A stretch of 63,881 bases of DNA, filler included, from Sphaeroforma arctica JP610 (GCF_001186125.1; 6 parts of 3 records of this genome joined end to end with filler, not necessarily neighbours in it); one strand, 5' to 3'; positions 11,252 through 23,919 are shown, counted from the first letter of the whole stretch. The notes: generated from the sequence alone by a model not told the origin. Translations and numbers: made by a program.

Positions 11252-14166
11252 CTTTAAAAGAAGCCTTTCGCTTCTTGTCTTGGACGTTGCCGCTCAGAGA
11301 AAATATACTCTCTGAGCGACAGGAGGTCGGCAAAATAATAAAAGATGGGAGTACAACCATGTATAGAGTGGGCAATCGATCGTTTAGTCCAGCCCAGTAT
11401 TCTAATGCCTGACGAGTTGGGTGTACTTCCTGTTTCTCGGTTTTGGTCGCACGACCTCTACCCTTTTGCACGAGGATAGTCATAGACATTACACAAGAAA
11501 CACTCCCCCATGTCTCTAGTTCTCGCCTAACTTTAGCCTTCATAGCTGATGTATCATTTGTCAAACCAGGAGTATTCCCATCCTTATCAGCGATAGCTGT
11601 CTGCCGTCTTTCAAGCCGAATTCGTTTGCGTTTACTAACAGGTGATAATTGGTCGATATCTATCTCATCGTGGTCAAGCAATTCTACAGCACTCGCCATT
11701 AGTTGATCAGTGGTTCGCTTATTGCTATCGATGGGTGTTGACAATTCACCTGAAGATGTGTAAGACGATGCCTTTCCTTTAAGATACTCAGATAGTACTA
11801 ATTCCGACTCTAATATTGTCAGACATCTCTTTGATATTTCTTTCTTAGCTTCCAGCATAGCCGATACTTGTGCTTCTGTATACATGTTCAGGGATTCAAA
11901 ACCCTTATGTAGAGGGTGCAAGTAATAGTTGACGAGGGTCTTGATATCAAGTTTTGGAGGGAAATAGTGAGTCATGGCTTCCCTCATACGAATTCGATAG
12001 CCCTGGATTTCGTTGGTAAGCTCTCTTTCTTCAGTCTCTTCAGTATCTAGATTAGGTCCTGAACTTTTTTGACAGCGATCTTTACATCAGCACCAAGTAA
12101 TAGCTTACAATCTAATATATGTTCGTATGAGTCTAAAATCCTAAAAGCCCTAAACCCTATCCATTCTCTCCGAATTTCATGTAGATTCCTGGTTGCTTTG
12201 ATTGTTTTTCTTCGTATCTTCCCGTCTTCATCACCCCATAATCCAGTATGTTTATCATCTTCCTTCGGATCTTCGATTAGCTTCCTGATTGCTGTACAAA
12301 GATAGCCATCACACCCGATCATTTCATACACACCAGACCACCGGACACCGCCATTTGCTATAGCTCTAGCTAGATTGTCGTATAATAACATCTCCTGAGC
12401 TTGCACGAGTTTATCGGCCCCTACCGTACGCTTATTATAGTACGCGGCTCGCTGGGCACAAAATTATATCATGTTTGATATTCGTTGCTATCGAATTTCG
12501 GTGCCACAAATAAAGCTTCCAGTATATTGAGCTGTTTCTTGAGTTTGTGCTTATGCAGGCCCTTCCGCTTATCATTAAATACAACACGCATCTTATCCGT
12601 CGCAGTAATCAAGGCTCCCCCACATGCCTTCTTCATTACGAGGGCAATCCTATGAGCACGACAACCCATAGTGACATGTGCTGTGAGTTTCATTGCTGCT
12701 TGAACATTCGCAGCATTATCAGGCGTCGCACTATGAATCACCTGTTTAGGATGCAGCAATACAGAGTCATTCTCACCTAAGACACCAATTCTAAAATGAG
12801 TGTCAGGCATTGTTCTTAGAATCCCCCATTCTCTAAGAGCTTGCACCTGCCATTCTGAAAGGTTTATGGCCGAATGAGAACCTACCACCTCTTTCAATCC
12901 TAAGAATGCCGATATTCTGATAGGTTGTGATCCAACAGGGTCAGGTTGATACCAATGCAAGATGCTACCGAGGTAATTAGTGCCGGTAGCATGTTTCCAT
13001 AAATCATTCTCTAGACTAGAAAAAGGGAGTTTGTAATATCGTAGAGCGTCTCTCCATTTGTTCAATACTACATCTCTAACAGATTTCTCTAATATTGTTA
13101 GATACTTTCTAAGGGTTTCTGGAGCACCAAGGTTGTAACTGGAGTCTGCAGTGGTTGATACTGCGACTGCAGCAGCCAACCATTCTCTAAAATGAGCCTG
13201 CCTCCCTAAGGTGAAAGGAAGATCGTATGAAGCCACACAACGAGCCCAATGTAGGTCGGCAAGCTTTTTAGACGTATTGTATTGAACTTGTGGCAGTCGA
13301 TTCGGGGTAGCCCCAAATGCCGTAAGGTTCTGTTGACGCCTCGAAGTCTTGTTTCGCTTTTCTACTATCTTTGCAACATATTTGCTCAAGTCGTCATACC
13401 ACTCCTTCCCATGCGTGCCCTCGTAGTGGATCAAGGTGTTGCTTTCTTTCTTTCTATTCCAAGCGAAAAGCTTAAAATTATCGTAATAATTACAAGAAGC
13501 CAATTTCGTTGGATTGGTTTTGTACGCCGTGAAGTATTCAGCTACAAAATCAAGTTTTACTTCTTCTTTTTAAACTTCTGTATAACTTTGTGCAATCATA
13601 GATGCTGGTTTGAACTCTTTTGGCTCTTCGTTTGCCCTTAATTGCCACCACTTCGATCTCATCCCCTTCAAGAGCCTCGTCCTCTTCAGGATCTTTGCCC
13701 CCTGCCGGAGCCTTGCCCTCTTCAAGATCCTTGTCCTTCAGTATTTTTTGCCCTAAGGCCCCTAATCAGTGTATCTGCCTCACTACTCGCCATCCCGAAT
13801 GTATTAACTCATCTCCCAGAGACTCCCACACGGTTACCTTTATTTGCTATGCGAGTCTTAAATTTTGTTTTCAATAGGAAACTTATTTAAGAAACGCAAA
13901 GGCCGGGCCATGTGGGGCGTGAGTCCGCGTGAGTCACGTAGGAAAATTAACAGTGGTGAGTGGATAATGACTTCTAAATCGACCCTTAATCAAAAAATGG
14001 CATGTTCTTCATATTACGGGATCATCCCGTTATTCCATATTCCTTATTCAAAGTATGTTGACTTCATTCCATATTCCTTATTTAAGGTATGTTGACTTCT
14101 TAATTCTTATTTCTTATTCAGAACTGCGTGATTTCTTAATCTTACAAAATTCTTAATTAAGCTCTA
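11252..14166 (-). mobile_element. decayed hAT-superfamily DNA transposon
   Basis: BED-finger-like ASCNYY..SNTLIHYEGTH; catalytic-region motifs ENDLW, PDNAANV, CRAH, VRWSG; C-terminal dimerisation domain ALEYW..LPTLY..PTSCRSESIFS. Split by stops and frameshifts. Candidate terminus TAGAGCTTAATTAAG at 14166 with subterminal repeats at 14030-14160. Confidence 0.9.
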
Positions 14167-14907
14167 AAAATTCCCAAAATTTAATTTGTCTTCGACCCAT
14201 ATTTATTATTTTCTGAAATCCGGAATTGTGTCATATTACGTATTTCTTTAAATAATTACGGCTATTTTCGCCCTTCATATTTTTTCGAAATTATGTGATG
14301 TATAGTCTGTCATAGGCAGCCCATAGTGGTATTTTTTGTTTTTTAAAAGGGGTTCAAATTTTTGTTCAAGGCCTATTAGCCAATGAAATCCTTTACTTCC
14401 CTGAAAGTTAAACGCGAAACAAAAGTGCGTTTCGCGTCATTTTGATTTTTCAGGATCAAGGACAATCACAAGAGGTATTTAGTACTGAGGGGTGGGGCGA
14501 TGGGCCATGCCATAGCCTTCTATAAATAGAAATTTTAGGTTTGTATTTATTGCTTGTTGGTTTTTTTTTATTCCTGGATTCCTGGGCCTGTGGGCCTTGG
14601 CCTTGGGCCTTGGGCCCATGGCCCTGTCACCTGTGCCCTGATGTGTACTCTTCAGTCACAGAATCACTGGCATCACTGCTCCATGAATCCAATCTCATAA
14701 TTAAACCCCTAAATGGCCTGGCTTCGCTTATGTGTGGCTTGTTGAACAACTGAAGTGTGCCCAGTTATAATACTGCCCCATGCGGCCGTGCCTATTGGCC
14801 GCCGGCCACTGCCCATTGTTTTTTTGTCTATTTAAAAAATATATATATACTTATTTTTAGTTGCATATGTTTGATTCATTTGAAGGCTAAATATGTGTTT
14901 CTTTCAA

Positions 14908-15403
14908 CCACCTCAGGCCCAGTTTCCTACTAGTCTCATACTTATACTTTTTTGAGTTTACTTTGCCTTTTTAAAGATGTTATTAGCGTGATTTTAGCCC
15001 ATTTATTGCGCTTGTTGTATTTGTTCTTTGCCGGCCTCAGAGGAGAGGTCGACGTATGTTAAACACGAATAGTGTTAACTGTAAAACCATGGGCGGATCC
15101 GAAGCAATAGCTAAGACAGAGGACGCCTAAATACATGTGTCTAACTGCTAACATATGTCAAGCCCTTAAGACCGACAAGGACCTAACATAAGTGCAACAA
15201 ATGGGTTGTATCCACGCTACAGTATATAACATTTAAGTCGAGCGCTTTCAGCCGACAGATAACAAACAACCCGGCAGAAAACAACCACATCTCACAAGTG
15301 CAGACTTAAAATCACGCTAATTACATTAATACATCTATATTTGAACAAATTAAACTCGAAAAAGTACAAGTATGAGACTGGTAGGAAACTGGGCCTGAGG
15401 TGG
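14908..15403. mobile_element. MITE with approx. 130-bp imperfect TIRs, piggyBac-like termini
   Basis: CCACCTCAGGCCCAGTTTCCTAC.. at 14908 is the reverse complement of ..GTAGGAAACTGGGCCTGAGGTGG ending 15403. Flanks are TCAA / TTAA. Confidence 0.85.
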
Positions 15404-16414
15404 TTAATAATTTTATTGTCACCAGTGCCGTATAAAGATATTCCTTTATTTAAATTTATTTCTAATTTTTAAAAACAACCAAATGAATAAATGCCCTTTT
15501 TTTTCAAAAAGTTATAGTGCTGAGTGCGAACTATCTCGTACTGACGGAGGGCGGTTGGACGGGCCCTGGGCCTGTGGCCTGGCCGCCTGGAGTCCTGAAC
15601 TCCTGGACTCCTGGACTCCTTGGACGAGAGGGAAACTTTTCCTCAGCTAATCATTTCCAATTTTTATCAGTTTTGTAACTTTTTTGTCCTTTTAGTTTTG
15701 TTTTTGGTGTTTAAAAACAAAACAAAATCAAATCAAAAAATCGAAATGAGTAAATATAAAGCTAAACATAAAAGATCTGTTTTTTAGGTTTTAAAAAAAT
15801 ATGAGAATATAACGTAGTTTTCTGTTTAAATTTTAGAAGGCTATGAGTTTTCTAAAAAAAATATCTCTCCTCTACTAGAGAGAAGAAATAAAATAATATG
15901 CTTGATCGGACTATTGTCCGAAGGATATATTCAATTAAAATAGTCGACAAAAAGTCAGCAACAGGCATCATAAAAGTTCATAACATTGCCGTAACAAGAT
16001 TATGTAGGATGCAGGAATTGAACAATATATATTTCATTCTATTCGTGCATGATGTCTGTATGCCATAGAACGAATGGAAGGGTTTTATATAATATGATAT
16101 TTTCCAAAGCCCTCTGAATAGTAAATTCAATTTTTTTTTTCAGAAGGCTATGCATATACAGTATAAAAATACACTCACTAATAGTCACTATACAATTTTT
16201 TTTTAAATTTTAAAAACCCCCCAAATATTTTAAATATATAAATTTTTCTAATTAATCGCCCTTGCCGCATCCATCGCCCAGGTTAATCAGACCCACTCTA
16301 GTCCAGCTCTAGTTCTATTTTGGATTCGTCCCTACTAAATAACATGGCTTATCTTAATTTGTTTCTGATTAGTAGTCGAATCTTTTGCATATTCCTTGGT
16401 AACTTTATAGAAAG

Positions 16415-16488
16415 AAGATACGAGCCAACACTGATATTGAGTACAGATTGTAAGATACGAGCCAACACTGATATTGAGTACAGATTGT
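16415..16488. repeat. perfect 37-bp tandem duplication
   Basis: AAGATACGAGCCAACACTGATATTGAGTACAGATTGT twice. Confidence 0.95.
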
Positions 16489-16519
16489 AATAATAATAAT
16501 AAATGAACCAGATAATGTT

Positions 16520-19500
16520 AAGACATCGCTTGTTCTTTTACCACAGCCTCGTGTCTCCAGGATACATAGTTCCTCGAGGGACACTTTAACTGTGTAAAGT
16601 CCACCTTGGTTAAGTCAAGGCTGACATACCCGTCGTTTAAACGGAATTTTGCCCAATTTGTGATCTTTATTTTCTTATTAACTAGAATCAGATCCATGAT
16701 TTTGTTCGCAAAGTCAGGTATTAATGCCTTGACTGTGTCTGACGGGGGCTTTTATGGATTCAGACAGTTATTGTTTGATTGATCCTTTAATGGATCTATG
16801 ATAGTTGGCAGACCAGTTNNNNNNNNNNNNNNNNNNNNNNNNNNNNNNNNNNNNNNNNNNNNNNNNNNNNNNNNNNNNNNNNNNNNNNNNNNNNNNNNNN
16901 NNNNNNNNNNNNNNNNNNNNNNNNNNNNNNNNNNNNNNNNNNNNNNNNNNNNNNNNNNNNNNNNNNNNNNNNNNNNNNNNNNNNNNNNNNNNNNNNNNNN
17001 NNNNNNNNNNNNNNNNNNNNNNNNNNNNNNNNNNNNNNNNNNNNNNNNNNNNNNNNNNNNNNNNNNNNNNNNNNNNNNNNNNNNNNNNNNNNNNNNNNNN
17101 NNNNNNNNNNNNNNNNNNNNNNNNNNNNNNNNNNNNNNNNNNNNNNNNNNNNNNNNNNNNNNNNNNNNNNNNNNNNNNNNNNNNNNNNNNNNNNNNNNNN
17201 NNNNNNNNNNNNNNNNNNNNNNNNNNNNNNNNNNNNNNNNNNNNNNNNNNNNNNNNNNNNNNNNNNNNNNNNNNNNNNNNNNNNNNNNNNNNNNNNNNNN
17301 NNNNNNNNNNNNNNNNNNNNNNNNNNNNNNNNNNNNNNNNNNNNNNNNNNNNNNNNNNNNNNNNNNNNNNNNNNNNNNNNNNNNNNNNNNNNNNNNNNNN
17401 NNNNNNNNNNNNNNNNNNNNNNNNNNNNNNNNNNNNNNNNNNNNNNNNNNNNNNNNNNNNNNNNNNNNNNNNNNNNNNNNNNNNNNNNNNNNNNNNNNNN
17501 NNNNNNNNNNNNNNNNNNNNNNNNNNNNNNNNNNNNNNNNNNNNNNNNNNNNNNNNNCACAGCTTGAGTAGTGATATTCCTATCATCGGCCAGGGAAATT
17601 TTAACATCTGTGGCCATGGTATCATACTTAGCAGTTTTATCATCAGCTAAAATGAGGTGAGATGTTTGTGTTCTCCTTTCGATATCTTTCATTAATGCAA
17701 AGTGATCGGAAATACATGAAATTTCTGAACCAGGATCAATCAACGCAAGGATTTTATTTCCATTGCAGTATACAGGGATTATTGTTATATTATCTGTGTA
17801 ACGATTGTACCTGGTAGTACCTTCACCCCAACTTAATGTTGGGCTTTTTGTCACAAGACTTAGTGTGATAGCCATTGGTCTTTTCACACTTGTCGCACTT
17901 AATAAGAAAGTATGTACAGGTGGATGTATGTCTACCATTACAATAACCGTTAGGGGTTAACTGGTACATGTCATACCCACACTGTGCGTCGGCATATTTC
18001 TTAATCTCCTTAAATGGAGGTTCCTTGTCCTTTGCCTCCGCCCGTGCCCGTTTATTGAGTCGCATAGATAGAATGGAGTCGCGAGCACGTGTATGTTGAG
18101 GTCTCTCGTGTGAGGTCTGCCTGGATACGTATCCGTGATCGGTGTGCTCCCGCGGCGTCTTAACAGCCGCTTTTCCTTTCGATGTTACTCGGCGTGCGGG
18201 AAAAAGGGTGGATACAGTATCATAAAATTGGGTAGCACGTTTACGGGGGTGTTTATTACCCTTTGTAAAGTCCATGGTCGAGGTCTTTTGGTGCTCTGTT
18301 CTTCGGATAGTGGTTGGTATTATAGTCTTGGGTGATTCATGCGTCTGGATAACATACCCAGACTTAACTGGTTTCAATACCCTCAAGGGCGGGTGACTCA
18401 CGGCCGGGTGTCAGAACAGGCGAATAATTAGCCTGAAGTTCTGGTGGTAGTACTTCGTAAGGTATAGATACGCTGAGCACATCTGGATCATATGCCACAT
18501 GTGTAGCGCTCGAGTCTTTACGTTCTTCGGGCATAATTTCCTGTCGACGTTCTTTCCACTTCTGTAGGGCTTCAGTAATGCCCGGAGAAACATGCTCGCG
18601 TAAGTGCCGTGTATGGTTTCCTGATCTATACAATCGATCTACATGTTCAACAGTCAAGTCTTTCATATGGGTAGCTAACTGATTCTTAAGATCAGCATTT
18701 TCAGTAATTGGCTTACTTATTCGCGTTGGCTTGTAGTCTCGGACGTAAATTCGGGTTTGCCACTTGAGCTTGCCCCCTCTTCTGATTCCATAATAGGTTC
18801 CTTCTGAGATTTGTCATTGTCCCCTATAATTGGGGACGCCCTTATAATTGGGGACTTTCATTTCTGAGTTTCGTCAGAAGAATAGGTTGGGGCGCTTTAC
18901 GCTTAAGTAGTCTAAGTAATTAATACCTTTGCTAACTTTAAAATGTGTAAGATTCGGTCTATTAAGGATTCGGTCTATTAAGGCGATATTAACGCCTTAG
19001 AGTAAATAAACGAGTAGGTAAATTCTAAGTTTTAAATTCTAAAGTTAGGTTTGCCTCGTGAAAACAGCAATAATCTGATGGATTGTGAGGCTGAGACATT
19101 ATCTATATATAATCCTCTCAGTGCTATTTCCGCCGAAGGGATTTTATTTAGTGTTTCGTTGTCGTAAACCCTAAAACTATGGTATGTTTCATTGGGGCGA
19201 ATCTGAGAGACTCATAAAATCCTCTCTTTAGAAAAAATAAATATTAAATAAAAATACTCTTGATGTCCTAAGTTATTGTCTTAACCAATAACTTGCCACT
19301 TATCAAGAATCACCGACTTAACCTTCATCAGACTGGCACATCTGGTTGGCTGATCGGAGGATCAACTAGGTAACGTTAATAGTCCCTAGAAACCTATATT
19401 CGGTTGAGCCATCTCGCTACCGAGGTATTCAGATATAAATAAAGATGGAAAGTAAATATAGTTCTATTAATAGAACTAGACCAACTCTTTATGTTTGGTA

Positions 19501-19565
19501 TTTTACTGAGGCCTTTTAATGGCCTCATCCAAATATCTGATATGTAAAATGGAAAAGGTATTAAT
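16520..19565 (-). mobile_element. Ty3/gypsy-like family A, copy 2 (internally deleted; ends near the start of RT)
   Basis: Same leader, ORF2, knuckle (CDKCEKTNGYHTKSC) and LIDPGS protease. 16520-16818 translates to a PR-RT linker-like peptide ending RNYVSWRHEAVVKEQ. Most of ORF1 and the middle of gag are deleted. Confidence 0.8.
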
Positions 19566-19763
19566 GTAGAAATACGGCCTCCGGTCAGTCTAAAATATCA
19601 AGATCAATTGAGATAATACATTGGTTTTTATTTGTATTTTAAATAATTTAATACAAGCTCTTTTTCCAATATTTCCAAAGTGTTCTAAATTCACTTTGAT
19701 GGCTCCAATAGCCTGAGTANNNNNNNNNNNNNNNNNNNNNNNNNNNNNNNNNNNNNNNNNNNN

Positions 19764-19775
19764 TTAATTAATTAA
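19764..19775. other. artificial scaffold linker (six-frame stop TTAATTAATTAA within N runs); also at 43838-43849, 49770-49781, 58682-58693, 62417-62428
   Basis: Identical 12-mer flanked by similar-length N runs, five times. Confidence 0.95.
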
Positions 19776-19927
19776 NNNNNNNNNNNNNNNNNNNNNNNNN
19801 NNNNNNNNNNNNNNNNNNNTGTATATATATATATATAATCATGAATACAATCATACATAGAAATATGAATGTCTTACTACACATATTCACATTAGACAAA
19901 TGCACCTGGCGCAAAACACACTCATAC

Positions 19928-20349
19928 TTCATAGATTCCTGACGTGAGGGGTGCTCCTGAGTCATTCCAGCTAGGACATCGTATTCCAACTTATTTCTGC
20001 GTACAACGTTCTCATCTCTCAATTGTTCACGCAAAGCTCTAATATCTGTTTTTGTGTCTTCGATCTCACTTTCGATTTTAAGATTCAATTCCTTATAAGA
20101 CCGAGTCTCTCTGTCGTTCATATTCAACGTCTTGGCTGCACGTAAAACGTCGCAATTGACAGCACCAAGAGCGCCTAATAAGTTCGTCTTGTGTAGTTCG
20201 CGCGAGGCCAAGATTTCGGGTGTGTCACTCGTATCATTATCTGTACACCCTTCAGATATCTGACGCCACTGCTTATAGGCACCAAGTGCAGCAACTATTT
20301 GTCTCTCCTGCACAAGCGCTCGCTCGTGAATAATTTGTTGTGACGCCAT
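19928..20349 (-). CDS. THOC7: THO complex subunit 7 (Mft1-like), exon 1, 3'-partial
   Basis: QIIHERAL.., coiled coil MNDRETRSYKEL..IESEIEDTKTDI..LREQL..RRNKLEYDVLA..HPSRQES. Donor GTATGA at 19927. Confidence 0.85.
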
Positions 20350-20697
20350 GGTATCTTTAGTTCACAACAAACACTTCAGGTCGTTATAGATACACCTTCG
20401 AAGAACTGTAATGGATATTGGTCCGTGTGTTGGTGTTGTTTAACTTGAAGAAGAAAAAGTTCTTCGTGTTCACTGCTTTTAGGTCTCATGTGTCACATAG
20501 CCCCCTGAAAAAGAAACTCACCACAGCACTCTATTTAAATTATACACTTCACACTTCACAGATACAGTTATATATATAGAAATAATATAGTACATTGTGC
20601 CGCATATTTATTAGCCTTCTCTGTGAAACAAAAAGGCGGGGGGGGAGCCCCGGGAGGGGGTTTTACTAAAAGCATAATATTTATTTACAACAACTAA

Positions 20698-21127
20698 GGC
20701 CGACCGCACCGGCAACAAAATCCGGTCTCGATTTTTGAAAAGTGGATTTTAAACGCTGTTTTGACAAAATCCAGGCCTCGGATTTTGTCAAAAACATCAA
20801 TAAATCCGTCTAACAAAATCCGAAACAATAAATATACTCTTCTCTGAGTGGCTTAAATTTCAAAATTTTGTCACGTATTTTTGACACCGGCATATTTAAA
20901 AGAAAATTATGAAGTTTGTACGTAACGCCACCGATTGTTGAACTTTGATGTCAAATATATGTCAAAAGTTGGAGTAGCTGAAGCCTGGATTTTATTTTTA
21001 CAAACCGATTTTTGAAAAGTACCGCACCCGTTATAAATTCAAAATCTAGTTGGCCAATAGACACACATAATTCGTTTTTTCCCTCCGGATTTTTGAATCC
21101 GGATTTTTACCACCGGTGCGGTCGGCC
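20698..21127. mobile_element. PIF/Harbinger-type (Tourist-like) MITE
   Basis: Perfect 15-bp TIR GGCCGACCGCACCGG / CCGGTGCGGTCGGCC, TAA duplicated on both sides, internal AAAATCC/GGATTTT subrepeats. Confidence 0.92.
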
Positions 21128-21449
21128 TAAATAGTAAACTCTAAAAAACCACTAAAAACCCTGATCCAACAAGATATGACATAAATATATATATATAACT
21201 TGGCCTTTTCTAGGCCTACTCGAATTCAATTTCTTCCCCTCCCCGCCCCTCCCCCCACAAGCCCTGACAGAAGTAAATAGCTGTGGAACACATTGATCAA
21301 CGTGTGTCGATTTGAGTGTAAATATGACAATCGATATTTCTTATATTTTTTAAATACAAGTGTACTCACCCCTGTCGTTCTGATCTAGAATTGTAACCTT
21401 GGAAGTCTGAATTGTGAGTGAATAGGGATTCTTACGATCTTTGTTAAAA

Positions 21450-22596
21450 ATGTCAGGTGCTTTTTGGTGTTTGGTCTGTGAGCCAGGAAATAAGTATTCG
21501 CAAACCGTCGAGGAGGGTTTTAACATATGCTCGGCAGCACTAGGTGCTGACGCTGAAGCAGGTAGTACTACTTTATACGCACGAGTAGAGGATGATGAAG
21601 TGGCGCTCTGTACCCTGAACAAAGATAAATGGCCACAGTATCCTTTGACCATCCCATTCGCCACTGGCACCGAGTTGTGCTTTTTTGTCAAGGGGAAGAA
21701 TCGAATCTATTTGACTGGTTTCACAGATGGTGAGGAGGAGAATGATGACGAGGAGATCGACCCTAGTATGTATGATCCCCGTATGATACAGGCTATGAAA
21801 GAACAAGGTTTAATCCCGAATTCAGAAGATGAAGATGATAGCGGTTCTGATGGAGGCTCAGACGATTCTGAGTTGATGGCTGAATTACTTGGCGGCTCGT
21901 CTGAGTCGGATGATGCAACAAAAGTGGTAGAGATTCCGGCTGAGAAGAAGCTGCCAACCAAGCGCGTAGCTGAGGAGCAGACTGCTAAAGCGGTTGCCAA
22001 GAAGGTGAAGAAGGAAAAAGAGGCTCCTAAAGCCTTGAAAGAGGCAGTGAAGCCCAAAGAGCAGCCATCCAAGAAGCCTAAGCAGACGAAATTGGCCAGC
22101 GGGACAATCGTAGAGGATGTGAAGGTTGGCACTGGGGCGATGGCTAAAAAAGGAAAGGTAGGTATTCATAAGACGGGTTGTTCTGGTTCGATGAATTTGG
22201 GACCCTTCTGATTGTTGTAAGATTTGCTATTGCTTGTATAAATGTTGATACCCTCGCCGATAGAGCATTCGGAGGTGGTTCGATATGCGTCATACAATAT
22301 CTAATATCGTCTATTTCTTTATTTTTGCGCAGAACGTTGGTATGCGTTACGTGGGTCGTCTTGCCAGCAACAACAAAGTATTCGATCAAAATACTGGCGG
22401 TAAACCTTTCCGTTTTCGACTAGGTGCAGGAGAAGTTATTAAAGGTTGGGATCAGGGTCTCGAGGGTATGCAGGTCGGAGGTAAGAGGATTCTCAGAATC
22501 CCACCATCCTCCGGCTATGGAGCACGTGGAGCTCCCCCAACAATCCCTGGCAACAGCACTCTGCTTTTTGAGTGTGAGCTTGTTTACGTGAAGTAG
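21450..22596 (+). CDS. nucleoplasmin-like FKBP peptidyl-prolyl isomerase (Fpr3/Fpr4/FKBP39 type)
   Basis: Exons 21450-22157 and 22333-22596. N-terminal NPL domain (FWCLV..LCTL..F.VKGKNRIYLTG), acidic then Lys-rich tracts, FKBP domain (MRYVGRL..FD..F.LGAGEVIKGWDQG..IPGNSTLLFECEL). Confidence 0.95.
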
Positions 22597-22639
22597 ATTT
22601 TTTTTGGTGCTGGGTGTCAGCGGAGTGGGTAATAAAAGT

Positions 22640-23345
22640 TGTACATAGTCGAAAGGGCAACGGTTGTTTCGATTGTTTACTACCTGGTGTTGAAATATTG
22701 TTACTATTATATATAGTCGAAAGGGTAACGATCTGATTGGTTACTACCTGGTGTTGAAATATTGTCACTATTGTACATAGTCGATGGAAAACGACCGATC
22801 CTATTGTTTACTGCCTGGCGCTGAAATAATAATACTATTGCAAATAGTTTAAGGGTATATTGATCGGCCCGATTGTTTACTGCCTGGCGCTGAAATAATA
22901 ATACTATTGCATATAGTTTAAGGGTATGTTGATCGGCCCGATTGTTTACTGCCTGGCGCTGAAATGTTGTCACTAGTGCATAGTTAAACAACAACGATCA
23001 ATCCGATTGTTTACTGCCCGTTTACTTCCTAGCGTTGAAATTGTGTCACTATTGTATATTGTTCACTACCTGGCGTTGAAAAATTGACATTATTGTATAT
23101 AGTCAAAGGCTATATTGATCGATGCGAATATTTACTACCTTGCGTTGACATGTTGTCACTATTGTACATAATCAAAGGACAATGGTCGATCCAATTGTTT
23201 ACTATCTGTCATTTAAATATTATACATAGTCAATAGGTAACTGTCGACCCGATTGTTTACTATTCTATCTTGAGTCGAAACGTTGTCACTATTGTACACT
23301 ATAGTCAAAGGACAACGATCGATCAGGTTATCTATACCTGGTGCA
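22640..23345. repeat. degenerate minisatellite, about 10-11 units of approx. 64-69 bp
   Basis: Recurring core GATTGTTTACTRCCTGGYGYTGAAA..TCACTATTGTACATAGT. Confidence 0.9.
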
Positions 23346-23919
23346 ATTTCGCAGGTGTTTCTGTGGTCTCACGCACCGATTTGTAGTTTCTTGTTTTGCG
23401 TATCTGGAAAAGAGTGGATTCATATTCCATTCATAGTATATGTTGGCGTTGCATGCAGTATGAAACCTATTTCCATCAGTTATATCATACTGCGGTCTTA
23501 ATTTTAAATATGCTTGGTATGCATCGACGGTAAGGATGCGAGTGATTCAGGCTGCAGATCTGTAGAAATTGCTTCATTACACTGTATGCTGGGCAGTACA
23601 TATAGTGTATTTTGGAGCGATTGCGATTCAGGGACTTGCTTTCGCAAGGTATGGTGAGCATCTAATGGTGCGTTCCTTGCAATTTAACCCACCTTCAACT
23701 AACAGAATTAGCAATAATATAAGGAAATAAGTACACACGATCACGATAACTTCAATACAGTTTTGTGTATTGACCTCCGAATATGCTCTTTATAATTTAC
23801 ATACCCCTATATATTTTACCACTAAGTTCTGGAATCATATTCCCCCTTTACTGAGAGGTTGTTGACTATTTGAATTCCACCAGCACAGAGCAGCTTCACC
23901 TCAGGTGATAAGTGCAAAT

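Noticed and set aside
16063..16077. 15-bp match CCATAGAACGAATGG to the LINE 5' junction (7628-7642)
   Set aside because: At 7628 it is RT coding sequence (HRTNG); an isolated 15-mer match is expected by chance in a window this size.
22640..23345. CRISPR-like repeat/spacer array
   Set aside because: Inter-core segments are homologous to each other rather than unique, the context is eukaryotic, and there are no cas genes.
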